Shown here: piece after piece, positions 50,134 to 59,001 of the stretch
Position numbering within the stretch: position 1 is the first letter of the stretch
How the letters are laid out: each line of letters begins with the position of its first letter
Translations under genes and position numbers: made by a program
Assembly: GCA_007376395.1 (NCBI GenBank)
Contig: VMGE01000005.1
Location: forward strand, 2,821 to 66,820
DNA: 64,000 nucleotides
Source: Microgenomates group bacterium Gr01-1014_5
GTDB lineage: Bacteria; Patescibacteriota; Microgenomatia; UBA8517; UBA10165
Direction of reading: 5' to 3'
Notes under the pieces: generated by a model
Databases searched by the model: none
What the model was told of the DNA's origin: nothing
What the model saw: the letters and a program-made list of their open reading frames with translations, nothing else

Positions 50134-50430
50134 TTACACCTCGTACGTTGGCTCGACAAGTTGGCGTCTGCCGTTAACAGGAACGCCCAAAGCCCAGCCT
50201 AAAGTATTGGCGACCGACACACCAACGCGCAATCCAGTAAACGAACCCGGACCAAGATTGACTTCAATTTCAGTGATATCATTTTGCGACTTACCTATTT
50301 TGGCAAGTTCCGCCTCAATCACCCCCAACAACTGCTGCGATTTACCTTCCCTTGAATCTGTCTCAATTTTTTCTGTGCCAAGACCAACGATAATTTTTTC
50401 AGAGTTACTTGTATCGATATATAGCTTCAT
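50134..50430 (-). CDS. tsaB: Minimal tRNA threonylcarbamoyladenosine biosynthesis protein TsaB
   Basis: LYIDTS, GPGSFTGLRVGVSVANTL; only 98 aa; adjacent to tsaE. Confidence 0.85.
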   Translation of the reverse strand: MKLYIDTSNSEKIIVGLGTEKIETDSREGKSQQLLGVIEAELAKIGKSQNDITEIEVNLGPGSFTGLRVGVSVANTLGWALGVPVNGRRQLVEPTYEV

Positions 50431-50900
50431 CTTGTGTGACCCATCGGGTAATTAACTGATATTTTTCGCCTAGTCTCATCAATTTGTTCAAACGTTATCC
50501 AAATAGCGCTAGCCGGAATTGACTCCCGCGACTTATCAGCCCACTCAATGACTGTGATATTCTCTGGTTTTCCCCAAGTGTCCTTTAAACCAATCTTCGT
50601 AATTTCATCTTCAATATTACCTTCTAACCTATACAAGTCGATGTGGTAAAAATTTGTAATTTGGGATTTGTTTTTTGGAATTTCATATTGTCTTTGCAGT
50701 ATGAATGTGGGGCTAATGATTTTTTCTTTAATTCCTAAACCTTCTGCGAGTCCTTGGACAAAGGTAGTCTTTCCGCTTCCCAAATCCCCCACAAGCGCCA
50801 GAACTATACCGTTATGGCCTTTTAGACGATTTGCAAAATCGCGGCCAATTTTTTTAGTCTCTTCGGCGCTCTGGGTAAATATTTGGTAATTAAAGTCCAT
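50427..50900 (-). CDS. tsaE: tRNA threonylcarbamoyladenosine biosynthesis ATPase TsaE
   Basis: GDLGSGKTTF, SPTF, HIDLYRL, IEWA. Confidence 0.95.
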   Translation of the reverse strand: MDFNYQIFTQSAEETKKIGRDFANRLKGHNGIVLALVGDLGSGKTTFVQGLAEGLGIKEKIISPTFILQRQYEIPKNKSQITNFYHIDLYRLEGNIEDEITKIGLKDTWGKPENITVIEWADKSRESIPASAIWITFEQIDETRRKISVNYPMGHTR

Positions 50901-51232
50901 ACAATAATTCCTGCGGTTGTATCAATAATAACATCCCGCAAGTTTGGCTCTCTGCCCGGGGTAAACGATTGGTGGTATTCATCGCTTACTGCATACATAA
51001 AAATAAAGATTAAAGACACCCATCCCGCTTTTTTTCCAGACCAGCTACTTGTATTAAGTAGAGCTCGGTAAGTCAAAACAAAAAGTAGTGAGTACTCGAA
51101 CAAGTGTGCAGTTTTTTTAACGATAAAATCCTGCCAATAAATTTCTGAGGCAGGACTAACAGGTAAACTTGAGAATGAAAATATAACCCCGGCCCAAACA
51201 AGGACAGGAATCCAAAAACGTGCTTTTGCCAT
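50822..51232 (-). CDS. VanZ family membrane protein
   Basis: IFSFSS, KKTAHLFEY, SDEYHQSFTPGR, DVIID. Confidence 0.9.
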   Translation of the reverse strand: MAKARFWIPVLVWAGVIFSFSSLPVSPASEIYWQDFIVKKTAHLFEYSLLFVLTYRALLNTSSWSGKKAGWVSLIFIFMYAVSDEYHQSFTPGREPNLRDVIIDTTAGIIVWTLITKYLPRAPKRLKKLAAILQIV

Positions 51233-52152
51233 TAAGAACCAATTCTATCAGAACCGCGGCCTGCAAAAAAGGAATATCCGGCAAGCCCCAACAACCCCAC
51301 ACCTAAAACCGATAAAACAGTGCCGACTAAATTTACTCCCACTAAACTACTCCAAAAAGACTTTGCTTCTTTCACCGGCTCGGGAATAGGAGACGGAGAG
51401 GAAACAGTGGTTGCCGCCAAAACAATTTCTTCCGGACTAGGACTTGGGCGAGGAGAGAGTTTGGGAGACGGCTTGGGGCTAGGGTTTTTTATTACGATTA
51501 TAGAAGGAGATGGCGTATATAAGGCGGGGCTGGGTGAAGATGATACTTTTGGGATTGGAGAAGACGAAGCTTTCGGACTCGTGCTGGATGATAGACTAGA
51601 CGAAGGACTAGGGCTTGAACTAGGTGGACTTGGTGAGGGACTAGGAGAGGGCGCAACACTAGAACTGTTATTGGTTAAATTCTTAGTAGGCGAAGAAAAA
51701 ACTACCCAGCTTGCAGACCCATCAGTCTGTCTACCCCCAGACTGTCCAGGTGAAGGGGCCGGCAAATCACCACCCCTATCACCATACCCCACCTCACTAA
51801 TTACAACAGTTTCATCTGAAACCAGAACCATTTTTATTAAATCACCTGTTTTGTTAAGTTTGTTTGACCAGGTAAAAGTCACAAACTCATTTACCGAAAC
51901 AGTGCCAGACAGAGTAAGGTTGTTTGTACTCCCATCTTTAAACTTATAAAGCGATAAATCTACAGAATCAGGACCGTTATTAAAGATTTCTACCCAATCT
52001 GGATCTGCTATCGTGCCAGCAGTATCTGATACAAACTCGTTTATATAAAGAGCTGCAAAAGTTTTTGAGGAACCGAAAAGAAGTAAGAATATAAACGCTA
52101 CAAAGCTAGCAAATAAGCAGAACTTGCTACTGCGTAGTAAAACTTTATACAC
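51232..52152 (-). CDS. Lamin-tail-domain surface protein with Ser/Pro-rich stalk and C-terminal TM
   Basis: Signal peptide, INEF...DWVEIFN...LNKTGD, long SPSPSP tract, C-terminal hydrophobic anchor. Confidence 0.82.
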   Translation of the reverse strand: MYKVLLRSSKFCLFASFVAFIFLLLFGSSKTFAALYINEFVSDTAGTIADPDWVEIFNNGPDSVDLSLYKFKDGSTNNLTLSGTVSVNEFVTFTWSNKLNKTGDLIKMVLVSDETVVISEVGYGDRGGDLPAPSPGQSGGRQTDGSASWVVFSSPTKNLTNNSSSVAPSPSPSPSPPSSSPSPSSSLSSSTSPKASSSPIPKVSSSPSPALYTPSPSIIVIKNPSPKPSPKLSPRPSPSPEEIVLAATTVSSPSPIPEPVKEAKSFWSSLVGVNLVGTVLSVLGVGLLGLAGYSFFAGRGSDRIGS

Positions 52153-52189
52153 GGCAGATTTAAATACAAATCAATGGTATTCTTGCTTC

Positions 52190-52240
52190 TTGACAGTGTC
52201 AACAGTCAATTATACACTCCTATGTATGAGTGTATAATTG
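52190..52240 (+). promoter_or_regulatory. Sigma70 promoter overlapped by a palindromic operator
   Basis: TTGACA (52190-52195), 17 bp, TACACT (52213-52218); the -10 lies inside palindrome CAATTATACACTC-N8-GAGTGTATAATTG. Confidence 0.7.
52208..52238. repeat. 31-bp palindromic direct repeat, copy 1
   Basis: AATTATACACTCCTATGTATGAGTGTATAAT, identical to 52761-52791. Confidence 0.95.
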
Positions 52241-52761
52241 TGGGGAAATTTAACTACTTCGCTTACCAAAATAAGAGGCTTGAGAAACTTTCACCTAACG
52301 AAAAAGAGAGTTTGGTGTTTGATCTCATTAACGCGTTTGCAAAGATAAATAATCCAGCCGATTCTGCCTTATTCCTTCAAGACTTGCTTACGGAAAATGA
52401 AATCCAAAACCTTGCAAAGAGATTAAGAATTGCAAAACTTATCTTAGAGGGTCTAACTCACGAAGAAATAGTACAACAACTCCACTGTAGTTATGCCACG
52501 ATTACAAAAGTGCGAACGTGGTTAGATTCTGCGGGGGAGGGGTTTAAAAGGGTTATACAAAAATTACCCAAAAGAAAACAAAAACCAAGTATTAAGAAAA
52601 CGCCGGGTTTTGGATATGGTTTGCCCCAAATCATTCAATATTATTTAGCAACGAATTTGGAAACTAGAGAGAAAAAATTGCTTAGTGGGTTCTTAGAAGA
52701 ACTTCGCGTAAAAACAGCAAATGATAAAGATTTAAGAGAATCAAGTAACTTTAAAAAGTGA
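52240..52761 (+). CDS. TrpR-like (YerC/YecD) helix-turn-helix protein
   Basis: FLQDLLTENEIQNLAKRLRIAKLILEGLTHEEIVQQLHCSYATITKV; start GTG 52240 inferred. Confidence 0.85.
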   Translation: MGKFNYFAYQNKRLEKLSPNEKESLVFDLINAFAKINNPADSALFLQDLLTENEIQNLAKRLRIAKLILEGLTHEEIVQQLHCSYATITKVRTWLDSAGEGFKRVIQKLPKRKQKPSIKKTPGFGYGLPQIIQYYLATNLETREKKLLSGFLEELRVKTANDKDLRESSNFKK

Positions 52762-52791
52762 ATTATACACTCCTATGTATGAGTGTATAAT
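52761..52791. repeat. 31-bp palindromic direct repeat, copy 2
   Basis: Identical to 52208-52238; begins on the last base of the TGA stop. Confidence 0.95.
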
Positions 52792-52806
52792 CTTGATTTT
52801 GGATAC

Positions 52807-53991
52807 CTACTGCAAGTGCCAGTAAGCTGTCCAGAAATCATCTTTGTGGCGAACTAAAGCATATTTTCCACCTGCCGAGTCGACGCCATAATAAACCATC
52901 CCCGCGTCTACTGAATATATTGCTGCTCCGTGGCCAGCAACCATATCTATTCCCGAGTGGAAAGCATATCCTGCCGCTCCGGACTGAGCAAAGGAAGTAT
53001 TCCCGTATTCCTGAGATATATAGTTGTAATCTAAAGGTTTACGGTATTGTCCATCGTCTAAATATGGCCTGGGATTGGTATGGCAACTTAAACCCGACTT
53101 TGTTATATCACAAGGTAAAACCATATAGTGTAAATGTGAACCGCAATTAGGACAGGATCCAGACGGGCGCGGGTAAACATTTCCCGTGTTTCCTTGCTGG
53201 CCAATAATCTGGCCCTTTGTTACCGCTGTCCCTGTAGCAATGCCAGCCACAATCCGAGCCACGAGAGAGCTGATTGCGCGCTCGATAGCCGCCTCGTCTG
53301 CGCGCAAAGAAGATAGCATCTCTTGGTATTTTTTTTCATCACTCTGAGTAATCTTCAGTAGGTTTTGCTTTTGTGCTTTCTGGCCGGCGAGGGTTTGCTT
53401 TTGTCCCTCTAGTTTATCGTGTAACTCCTCTACTTTTGTTCTTTCTACCTCGTAATCTGTTTGTGTCGTTTGCATTTGCAATAATAACTCACGGTCGTTT
53501 TGTTGGATTCTTTGTAAATAATTAAACCTGGAGATAAATTCCGAGACATTAGCCGAGGTCAGAAGCACTACCAACGAATCTCCGTATCTTTTTAATTTGT
53601 AAGTTTCTACTGCACGTTCTGCAAACACCTCAGACAACGTAGTCAGTTCTCCTTCGAGCCTATTAATTTGACCGGTTAAAGCGAATATTTCACTCTCTGT
53701 TTCTTGAATTTTTAATTCAGTTAACTTAATTTGATTATCCTGATAAATAATTTCATTAGTGAGAGTTACCTTCTTTTGTTTTGTTTCATCTAACAGTTTT
53801 CTAATTCTTTCCTGCTCTTTTCTATTATCGTCAAGTTTGTTTTGCAAATCGTTGGTTGATTGTCCCACTGCAAAATCTTGCACAACCCCATAATTATCTT
53901 CTTCATGCGCAGTGGCTAAAGGGTAAAATAAAAAAAAGAGTGCGAAGAAGAGCAAACCAATTTTTGCTTTTTGCAGAATTGCTAACATCAC
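52807..53991 (-). CDS. Coiled-coil (PcsB/EnvC-like) protein with M23 peptidase domain
   Basis: Signal peptide, long coiled coil, HLH and HSGID motifs; directly downstream of ftsEX. Confidence 0.85.
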   Translation of the reverse strand: MMLAILQKAKIGLLFFALFFLFYPLATAHEEDNYGVVQDFAVGQSTNDLQNKLDDNRKEQERIRKLLDETKQKKVTLTNEIIYQDNQIKLTELKIQETESEIFALTGQINRLEGELTTLSEVFAERAVETYKLKRYGDSLVVLLTSANVSEFISRFNYLQRIQQNDRELLLQMQTTQTDYEVERTKVEELHDKLEGQKQTLAGQKAQKQNLLKITQSDEKKYQEMLSSLRADEAAIERAISSLVARIVAGIATGTAVTKGQIIGQQGNTGNVYPRPSGSCPNCGSHLHYMVLPCDITKSGLSCHTNPRPYLDDGQYRKPLDYNYISQEYGNTSFAQSGAAGYAFHSGIDMVAGHGAAIYSVDAGMVYYGVDSAGGKYALVRHKDDFWTAYWHLQ

Positions 53992-54902
53992 TAAATCTTT
54001 AAATATCTCCTTAAAGCAATAAAACTGCCGGTTGCCCCAAGCATTAAACTTAACAATAATTCGCTACCTAAAATCGCGCCCAACAGTATTGCTAAACCTT
54101 GAGTTGTCAAAGGTAATACCTCTATATCTGCAAAGAAACTAGCGATTGAAGGTGTGAGGTAAAGTATGCCCAAGGTTGCCGCAAGCCAGCCTGCGAATGC
54201 GCCAGAAAGTGCATAAAAGATCCCTTCAAAAATAAATGGAGCGCGTATAAACCCCGGGGTTGCCCCAATCAACTGCAATATCTCGATTTCTTCGCGCCTT
54301 GAGGAAATCCGCATACCTAAGATTACTAGTAATATAAGCAGTGACGAAGTAAGCAAAAATCCCAACAAGACTAGCCCTCCAATACGAATATAATTAGTAA
54401 TGTTGCGCAAGTTATTAACTACCTCGCCGATATTCTTAGTACTGCCCAAACTCGCTGTATAAGCCACCTGGTTAATAGTTTCCTTTTGTTCTACCTCGCG
54501 GATAACTTCTTCGGCAAAAGACAGGTCGGTAACTGAAAACTCAAGGCTAGCAGGAAATACTTTTGGACTTACAAGTTCTGAGAGTACGGGTTTGTCAGAG
54601 GTTGCTTTTCTATAAATTTCCAGCGCGTCTTCTTTGGAAACATAACGCACATTTCTTACTCTTGAATCAGTATCCAATTCTCTTTGTAAGACTGAAACTT
54701 GCTCACTCGTTGCTTCATTTTTCAAGAAAGCAATAATCTGCGGCTGGGTCTCAAAGTGACGTAAAGTCGAGTGCGAAGCATAAGCCAAAATTGCCAAAAT
54801 TGTGGCAACGAAAAAGGTCAGAGTCATAATCAAGACCGCGGCCAAAGCCTGATACGGCGCTCGCCTGATGTGTTTCTTCGCAGTTTTTATATATGACATC
54901 AT
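53991..54902 (-). CDS. ftsX: Cell division permease FtsX
   Basis: YVSKEDAL, PASLE, RREEIEILQLIGATPGFIRAPFIFEG. Confidence 0.93.
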   Translation of the reverse strand: MMSYIKTAKKHIRRAPYQALAAVLIMTLTFFVATILAILAYASHSTLRHFETQPQIIAFLKNEATSEQVSVLQRELDTDSRVRNVRYVSKEDALEIYRKATSDKPVLSELVSPKVFPASLEFSVTDLSFAEEVIREVEQKETINQVAYTASLGSTKNIGEVVNNLRNITNYIRIGGLVLLGFLLTSSLLILLVILGMRISSRREEIEILQLIGATPGFIRAPFIFEGIFYALSGAFAGWLAATLGILYLTPSIASFFADIEVLPLTTQGLAILLGAILGSELLLSLMLGATGSFIALRRYLKI

Positions 54903-55576
54903 TCTGAGTACTTTGCTCCTTTTTTGTCTGAAATAATTTTACCTCCACGAAACAATATAACTCTTCTTTTTAAAGAATTAACAATGTTTTCGTTATGAGT
55001 CGCCATGATTACGGTTGTCCCGTCCTCTTTTGTTTGCCGGTCTAAAAGTTCAATAATCTGGCGGGCTGTTGCGGGATCTAAGTTTCCAGTCGGTTCGTCA
55101 GCAAGAATTAGTTTTGGGCGGGCGACAAGCGCCCGGGCGATGACTACTCTTTGTTGTTCACCTCCGGCAAGTTGTTTAGGAAAAAGGTTAGCTCGGTCTA
55201 AAAGTCCAACTTCGTCTAAGGCTTCCTTGATTCTTTTTCCGTCGTTTTCACCTTCACCGGCAACTTCCAGCGCCAAGGCAACGTTTTCCCAAACAGTTCT
55301 ACCGAAAAGCAATTTAAAATCCTGAAATACCACACCTACTTTCCTGCGGTAATAGGGCAAGTCACGAGGCTTAAGACCGCCTATATCTTTTCCTTCGATT
55401 AATATTTTGCCTTTATCGGGCGTAATATCCCTTAAAAGAAGGCGTACTAGCGTGGTTTTTCCGGCACCCGATGGGCCGGTAATGAAGACAAATTCACCAG
55501 CTTCTACTTCAAAAGAAACGTCTTCCAATGCAGAAATCGAACCGAACTTCTTGGTGACATCTTGAAATTTAACCAT
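54899..55576 (-). CDS. ftsE: Cell division ATP-binding protein FtsE
   Basis: GPSGAGKTT, GVVFQDFKLL, LAGGEQQRV, ADEPTGNLD. Confidence 0.93.
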   Translation of the reverse strand: MVKFQDVTKKFGSISALEDVSFEVEAGEFVFITGPSGAGKTTLVRLLLRDITPDKGKILIEGKDIGGLKPRDLPYYRRKVGVVFQDFKLLFGRTVWENVALALEVAGEGENDGKRIKEALDEVGLLDRANLFPKQLAGGEQQRVVIARALVARPKLILADEPTGNLDPATARQIIELLDRQTKEDGTTVIMATHNENIVNSLKRRVILFRGGKIISDKKGAKYSE

Positions 55577-55593
55577 TTGGGCATTTTAGGGAA

Positions 55594-56076
55594 TTACTCA
55601 AGGATTTTAATTTTGCCTACATCCATCAGCCAGCCGGCTTTTTTGGCGCCAATGGTTTCTCCCCAAACCTCAACCTTTTTATCGATAAATTGGTCTAAAT
55701 CGACAACGGAAGAAGTCAGATAAACACTTTGGCTTGTTCCTCCGGGTCTTTCCAGGTGATGCGTTCCTTCGCTATCAATCCCGCCGGCTTTTAACGTACC
55801 TTCTGCGCGATCTCTGAAAGTTTTAACGTCATCCAACCCTGCTTCTTTTCCGCCTGATTCTCCACCCGGAGCAACTGCCAATTTTTCGCCTATTTGACCA
55901 TTAACAGGGATTGAAGTTTTACCTTGGGAGAAAAACCATCCGGTAGTAGTGCCGGCTAGGATAATAACGAGTACCAAGACTCCGGGGAGAAGTGTCGTCT
56001 TGATAAAATTACCACTTGCTCCGCTACTTTGCGGTTCAAGTCTTGCTTGAGGAATAAAATCCATTGTCTCTGGCAT
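55594..56076 (-). CDS. Hypothetical single-pass membrane protein
   Basis: One TM followed by a beta-rich domain; ATG with TATAGT upstream. Confidence 0.7.
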   Translation of the reverse strand: MPETMDFIPQARLEPQSSGASGNFIKTTLLPGVLVLVIILAGTTTGWFFSQGKTSIPVNGQIGEKLAVAPGGESGGKEAGLDDVKTFRDRAEGTLKAGGIDSEGTHHLERPGGTSQSVYLTSSVVDLDQFIDKKVEVWGETIGAKKAGWLMDVGKIKILE

Positions 56077-56085
56077 ATAAAATCA

Positions 56086-56910
56086 CTATACCATTTTTCT
56101 CCCCCACAACCAATAACCAGCCCCCCAAAAATGGGCAAATTTAGAGTCTGCCTGGTCAAAATTGTTCCATGCCGGCAGTACCTTTTTTAATAATTTAGCG
56201 TACAAAGCGTCTGCTGTTTGAGGTAGGGTTAGGCGCGGAAATGGCCGATTTCCTCGAACCTGTATTTGCTTTAACCCCACCAGCTGAAAAATCTTTTTAT
56301 AATCCGCCCAAGAAAGGGAATTTTCAAAATATAACGGCTGAAAATTGCGCTTTGCTTTTTCCCAACCCTTTTCCCAATTTCCGCGAAAAATCCAATAACC
56401 CAACGAAGCGACAAAATTAAACATGTTTCCAAAAGTTTGAACAGAGAAGCGCGAAGGCACAATATCGGCAAACACCAACCCGCCCTTTTTCGTAACCCTC
56501 ACCATTTCTGAAATCGCCTTTTTAGGATCAGCAAAATGCTCTAACAAACCAAAGCTGGTCACGACATCAAACTCATTATTTTTGAACGGCAGTTTTTCGG
56601 CATCACCCAAGACAAATTTTCCGCGAGTCTTCTCATTTTTAAAATTTTCTTCTGCAGTTTCGAGAATCTTCCGATTACTATCAAGGCAATATGCAACAAA
56701 ACCCCGCTTAGCAAAATAAAGGGAAACAAAAGCGGTTCCGCATCCAACTTCCAACATTTTGCCATATTTGGGAAAAATACTTCGCAAAAACCGAACTTTA
56801 ACTATTTCAAAAAGTTTTCCCTGGGTCTGAGCATCTTCAGAGTAAGACAAGTCACGGTTAGTAAAAACCTCTTCCCAGACTTCTTGAGAGCCTTGAAAAT
56901 GCTTATCCAT
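56086..56910 (-). CDS. Class I SAM-dependent methyltransferase
   Basis: LEVGCGTA, GDAEKLPF, FDVV, EMVRVTKKGG; start ATG 56910 inferred. Confidence 0.9.
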   Translation of the reverse strand: MDKHFQGSQEVWEEVFTNRDLSYSEDAQTQGKLFEIVKVRFLRSIFPKYGKMLEVGCGTAFVSLYFAKRGFVAYCLDSNRKILETAEENFKNEKTRGKFVLGDAEKLPFKNNEFDVVTSFGLLEHFADPKKAISEMVRVTKKGGLVFADIVPSRFSVQTFGNMFNFVASLGYWIFRGNWEKGWEKAKRNFQPLYFENSLSWADYKKIFQLVGLKQIQVRGNRPFPRLTLPQTADALYAKLLKKVLPAWNNFDQADSKFAHFWGAGYWLWGRKMV

Positions 56911-57991
56911 GTAAATCTCCCGCCCGGAACTTAAGCTCTGCCTCGACAAAAGCCTCCAAATCCCCGTCTAAAACTGCATCTGTATTACCTGTCTCGACAT
57001 CGGTACGCAAATCCTTAACCATTTTATAGGGGTGTAAAACATACGATCTAATTTGTGTTCCCCATGCCGCAGGCCGATAATCGCCTTTTATTGATTTTGC
57101 GTGTGCCTCTTGTTCTGCTTCTCGGCGGATAAAAAGCTTTGCGCGCAACAAGGCTAGTGCGATTTTTCTGTTTTGCTCTTGAAAACGTTCTGTTTGGGCA
57201 GTCACTACAATTCCTGTGGGTAAATGAGTTAAACGAACCGCAGTTGAAACTTTGTTAACGTTTTGACCCCCATGGCCGCCTGCCCGGAAAAATTGGATTT
57301 CAACTTCTTCATCCTTTATTTCAATCTCGCCAGCTTCTTCCAATTGCGGCATTACTTCAACTAGTGCAAACGAAGTTTGGCGTAATTTATTGGCGTTAAA
57401 CGGAGACTGGCGAACTAACCTATGCGTTCCTGCCTCGCGCTTTAGATATCCATATGCGTATGCCCCGGAAACTGTCATTGTCGCAGACTTTATTCCAGCT
57501 TCTTCTCCTGCCTGTTGGTCAACTACCTCTGCTTCCCACCCGCGCCTTTCAAAAAAACGTAAATACATACGGAACAGCATTTGCGCCCAATCCATAGCCT
57601 CTGTTCCACCCTGTCCCGAGTGAATTGAAACAATCGCGTCGTTTTTGTCATATGACCCAGATAAGAAGGTTAAAACTTCGATCTTGTCGATCACTTTCTC
57701 CACTTGTTTTATGGTCTCTTTAACTTCACTTGCCAAATCAGCCTCAGTCACAACTGATAAAGCATCATTAATTTCTTTCTCTGTCTTGTCTACTGTCTCC
57801 ATTTCTTCCCGAATACTACCTGCTTGACGCATGACGTTTTGGGCATGTCTGGTATCATTCCAAAAGTCGGGTCTGGCAGACTCGATCTCAAGTTCTTGCA
57901 ATTTCAACTTTTTGGCTTCCAAATCCAAACCACGCACAACTTTGTCTAAACGTTCTTTTAATTCCAAAAGCTGGTCTTTAAGGCTTTCCAT
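56903..57991 (-). CDS. prfB: Peptide chain release factor 2
   Basis: SPF tripeptide, GGQ motif, DFWND, QIRSYVLHPY; no internal frameshift. Confidence 0.97.
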   Translation of the reverse strand: MESLKDQLLELKERLDKVVRGLDLEAKKLKLQELEIESARPDFWNDTRHAQNVMRQAGSIREEMETVDKTEKEINDALSVVTEADLASEVKETIKQVEKVIDKIEVLTFLSGSYDKNDAIVSIHSGQGGTEAMDWAQMLFRMYLRFFERRGWEAEVVDQQAGEEAGIKSATMTVSGAYAYGYLKREAGTHRLVRQSPFNANKLRQTSFALVEVMPQLEEAGEIEIKDEEVEIQFFRAGGHGGQNVNKVSTAVRLTHLPTGIVVTAQTERFQEQNRKIALALLRAKLFIRREAEQEAHAKSIKGDYRPAAWGTQIRSYVLHPYKMVKDLRTDVETGNTDAVLDGDLEAFVEAELKFRAGDLHG

Positions 57992-58027
57992 ACGGATATT
58001 GTACCTGAGGGAAAGGGGAAAACGAAA

Positions 58028-58363
58028 TTAACGGGCAGAACCGCAAAGTTCTTCACAAACTGCGTTCTTTTGCGCCTCTGGTAAAGTGCTTACTGCTTCG
58101 ACTGACTCCTCTATACTGCGCTTGGTCTCAAAGAACGGAGCAAGCACCGGGCTTTTGGCAATTGAGGGTAAAATCTTGTCATAGAGCAGTTTGGAAACAA
58201 AATTAGCCTGGGCGTCTCTAACCCCTTCTGCGCTAAAAATCGGCGCATTTGGAGTGTTCTCTCCGAGAACGTCGGGGTTGTACGAACTCAAAACAAAGCG
58301 TATGCCCAAAAAGGCAACCGTGGCACCCAAAGCAAAGACTGCGGCAAATTTAATTATATGCAT
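58028..58363 (-). CDS. Hypothetical membrane-anchored protein
   Basis: N-terminal TM, VLG motif, C-terminal CxxxC; coupled to the upstream gene. Confidence 0.65.
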   Translation of the reverse strand: MHIIKFAAVFALGATVAFLGIRFVLSSYNPDVLGENTPNAPIFSAEGVRDAQANFVSKLLYDKILPSIAKSPVLAPFFETKRSIEESVEAVSTLPEAQKNAVCEELCGSAR

Positions 58364-58821
58364 TACTCAATTTTCCCTTCCGTCTCTGTCGTACAAATTT
58401 GTCCCCGTGCAAGTTCTGAATCAAGATTAGATAAAACCTGGTAATCCAATATAACACTTTGCGCAGTTGGCACTTGCCTCTCGGTTTGAACCCCCAAGAC
58501 TTGGGTAATATTTTTTTGGCCATTGTTTAATAGAGCCCGCAGATTATTAGGAACATAAAATCCTGAACCTGAATTTAATCCTTGCAGTAAATAAATAAAA
58601 CCGCCTTCGATAACGCCTACGGTCAAAATGCCCATTATAAAACCAGCCCAAAGACCATGGAGAGAAGTGCGGGTCAAGATCCTTCTACTTAAACCTAAAA
58701 GAATAAAGAGAAAGAAAACAAAAATTCCGGCGATTACAGCCTGAATTGTAGGAGAATTAAGCATCTCAGGAGAGAAGAGATTTTCGGTTGATAACGAGGG
58801 GGTATTAAAAGGCAGGTTCAT
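58363..58821 (-). CDS. Hypothetical membrane protein
   Basis: Two TM segments; TACAAT 7 nt upstream of ATG. Confidence 0.65.
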   Translation of the reverse strand: MNLPFNTPSLSTENLFSPEMLNSPTIQAVIAGIFVFFLFILLGLSRRILTRTSLHGLWAGFIMGILTVGVIEGGFIYLLQGLNSGSGFYVPNNLRALLNNGQKNITQVLGVQTERQVPTAQSVILDYQVLSNLDSELARGQICTTETEGKIE

Positions 58822-59001
58822 TACTTAGATTGTAGCACTTGGGGCAAATAGGCACAATCGCGGCACATATACCTTCAAGACAAGTAAAATTAGTTAGTGG
58901 TCATACTCCAGCACTCTTTTAACTAGCTTATAGGTATTTCCGTGTTTTAAAAGTCCCAAAAAAGAGTTAAAATTTAAGAAGGAACTAAATGCTACAAGTT
59001 T

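Noticed and set aside
51320-51949. 209-aa Gly/Glu-rich plus-strand ORF
   Set aside because: Antisense shadow of the Ser/Pro-rich stalk of 51232..52152
52174-52239. N-terminal extension of the TrpR-like ORF
   Set aside because: It runs through the promoter and palindrome; GTG 52240 is the more plausible start
52208-52791. CRISPR array from the 31-bp repeats
   Set aside because: Only two copies, 553 bp apart with a gene between them; no cas genes
57900-57991. Programmed +1 frameshift in prfB
   Set aside because: The ORF is continuous and has no CTT-TGA site; absence of the frameshift is common
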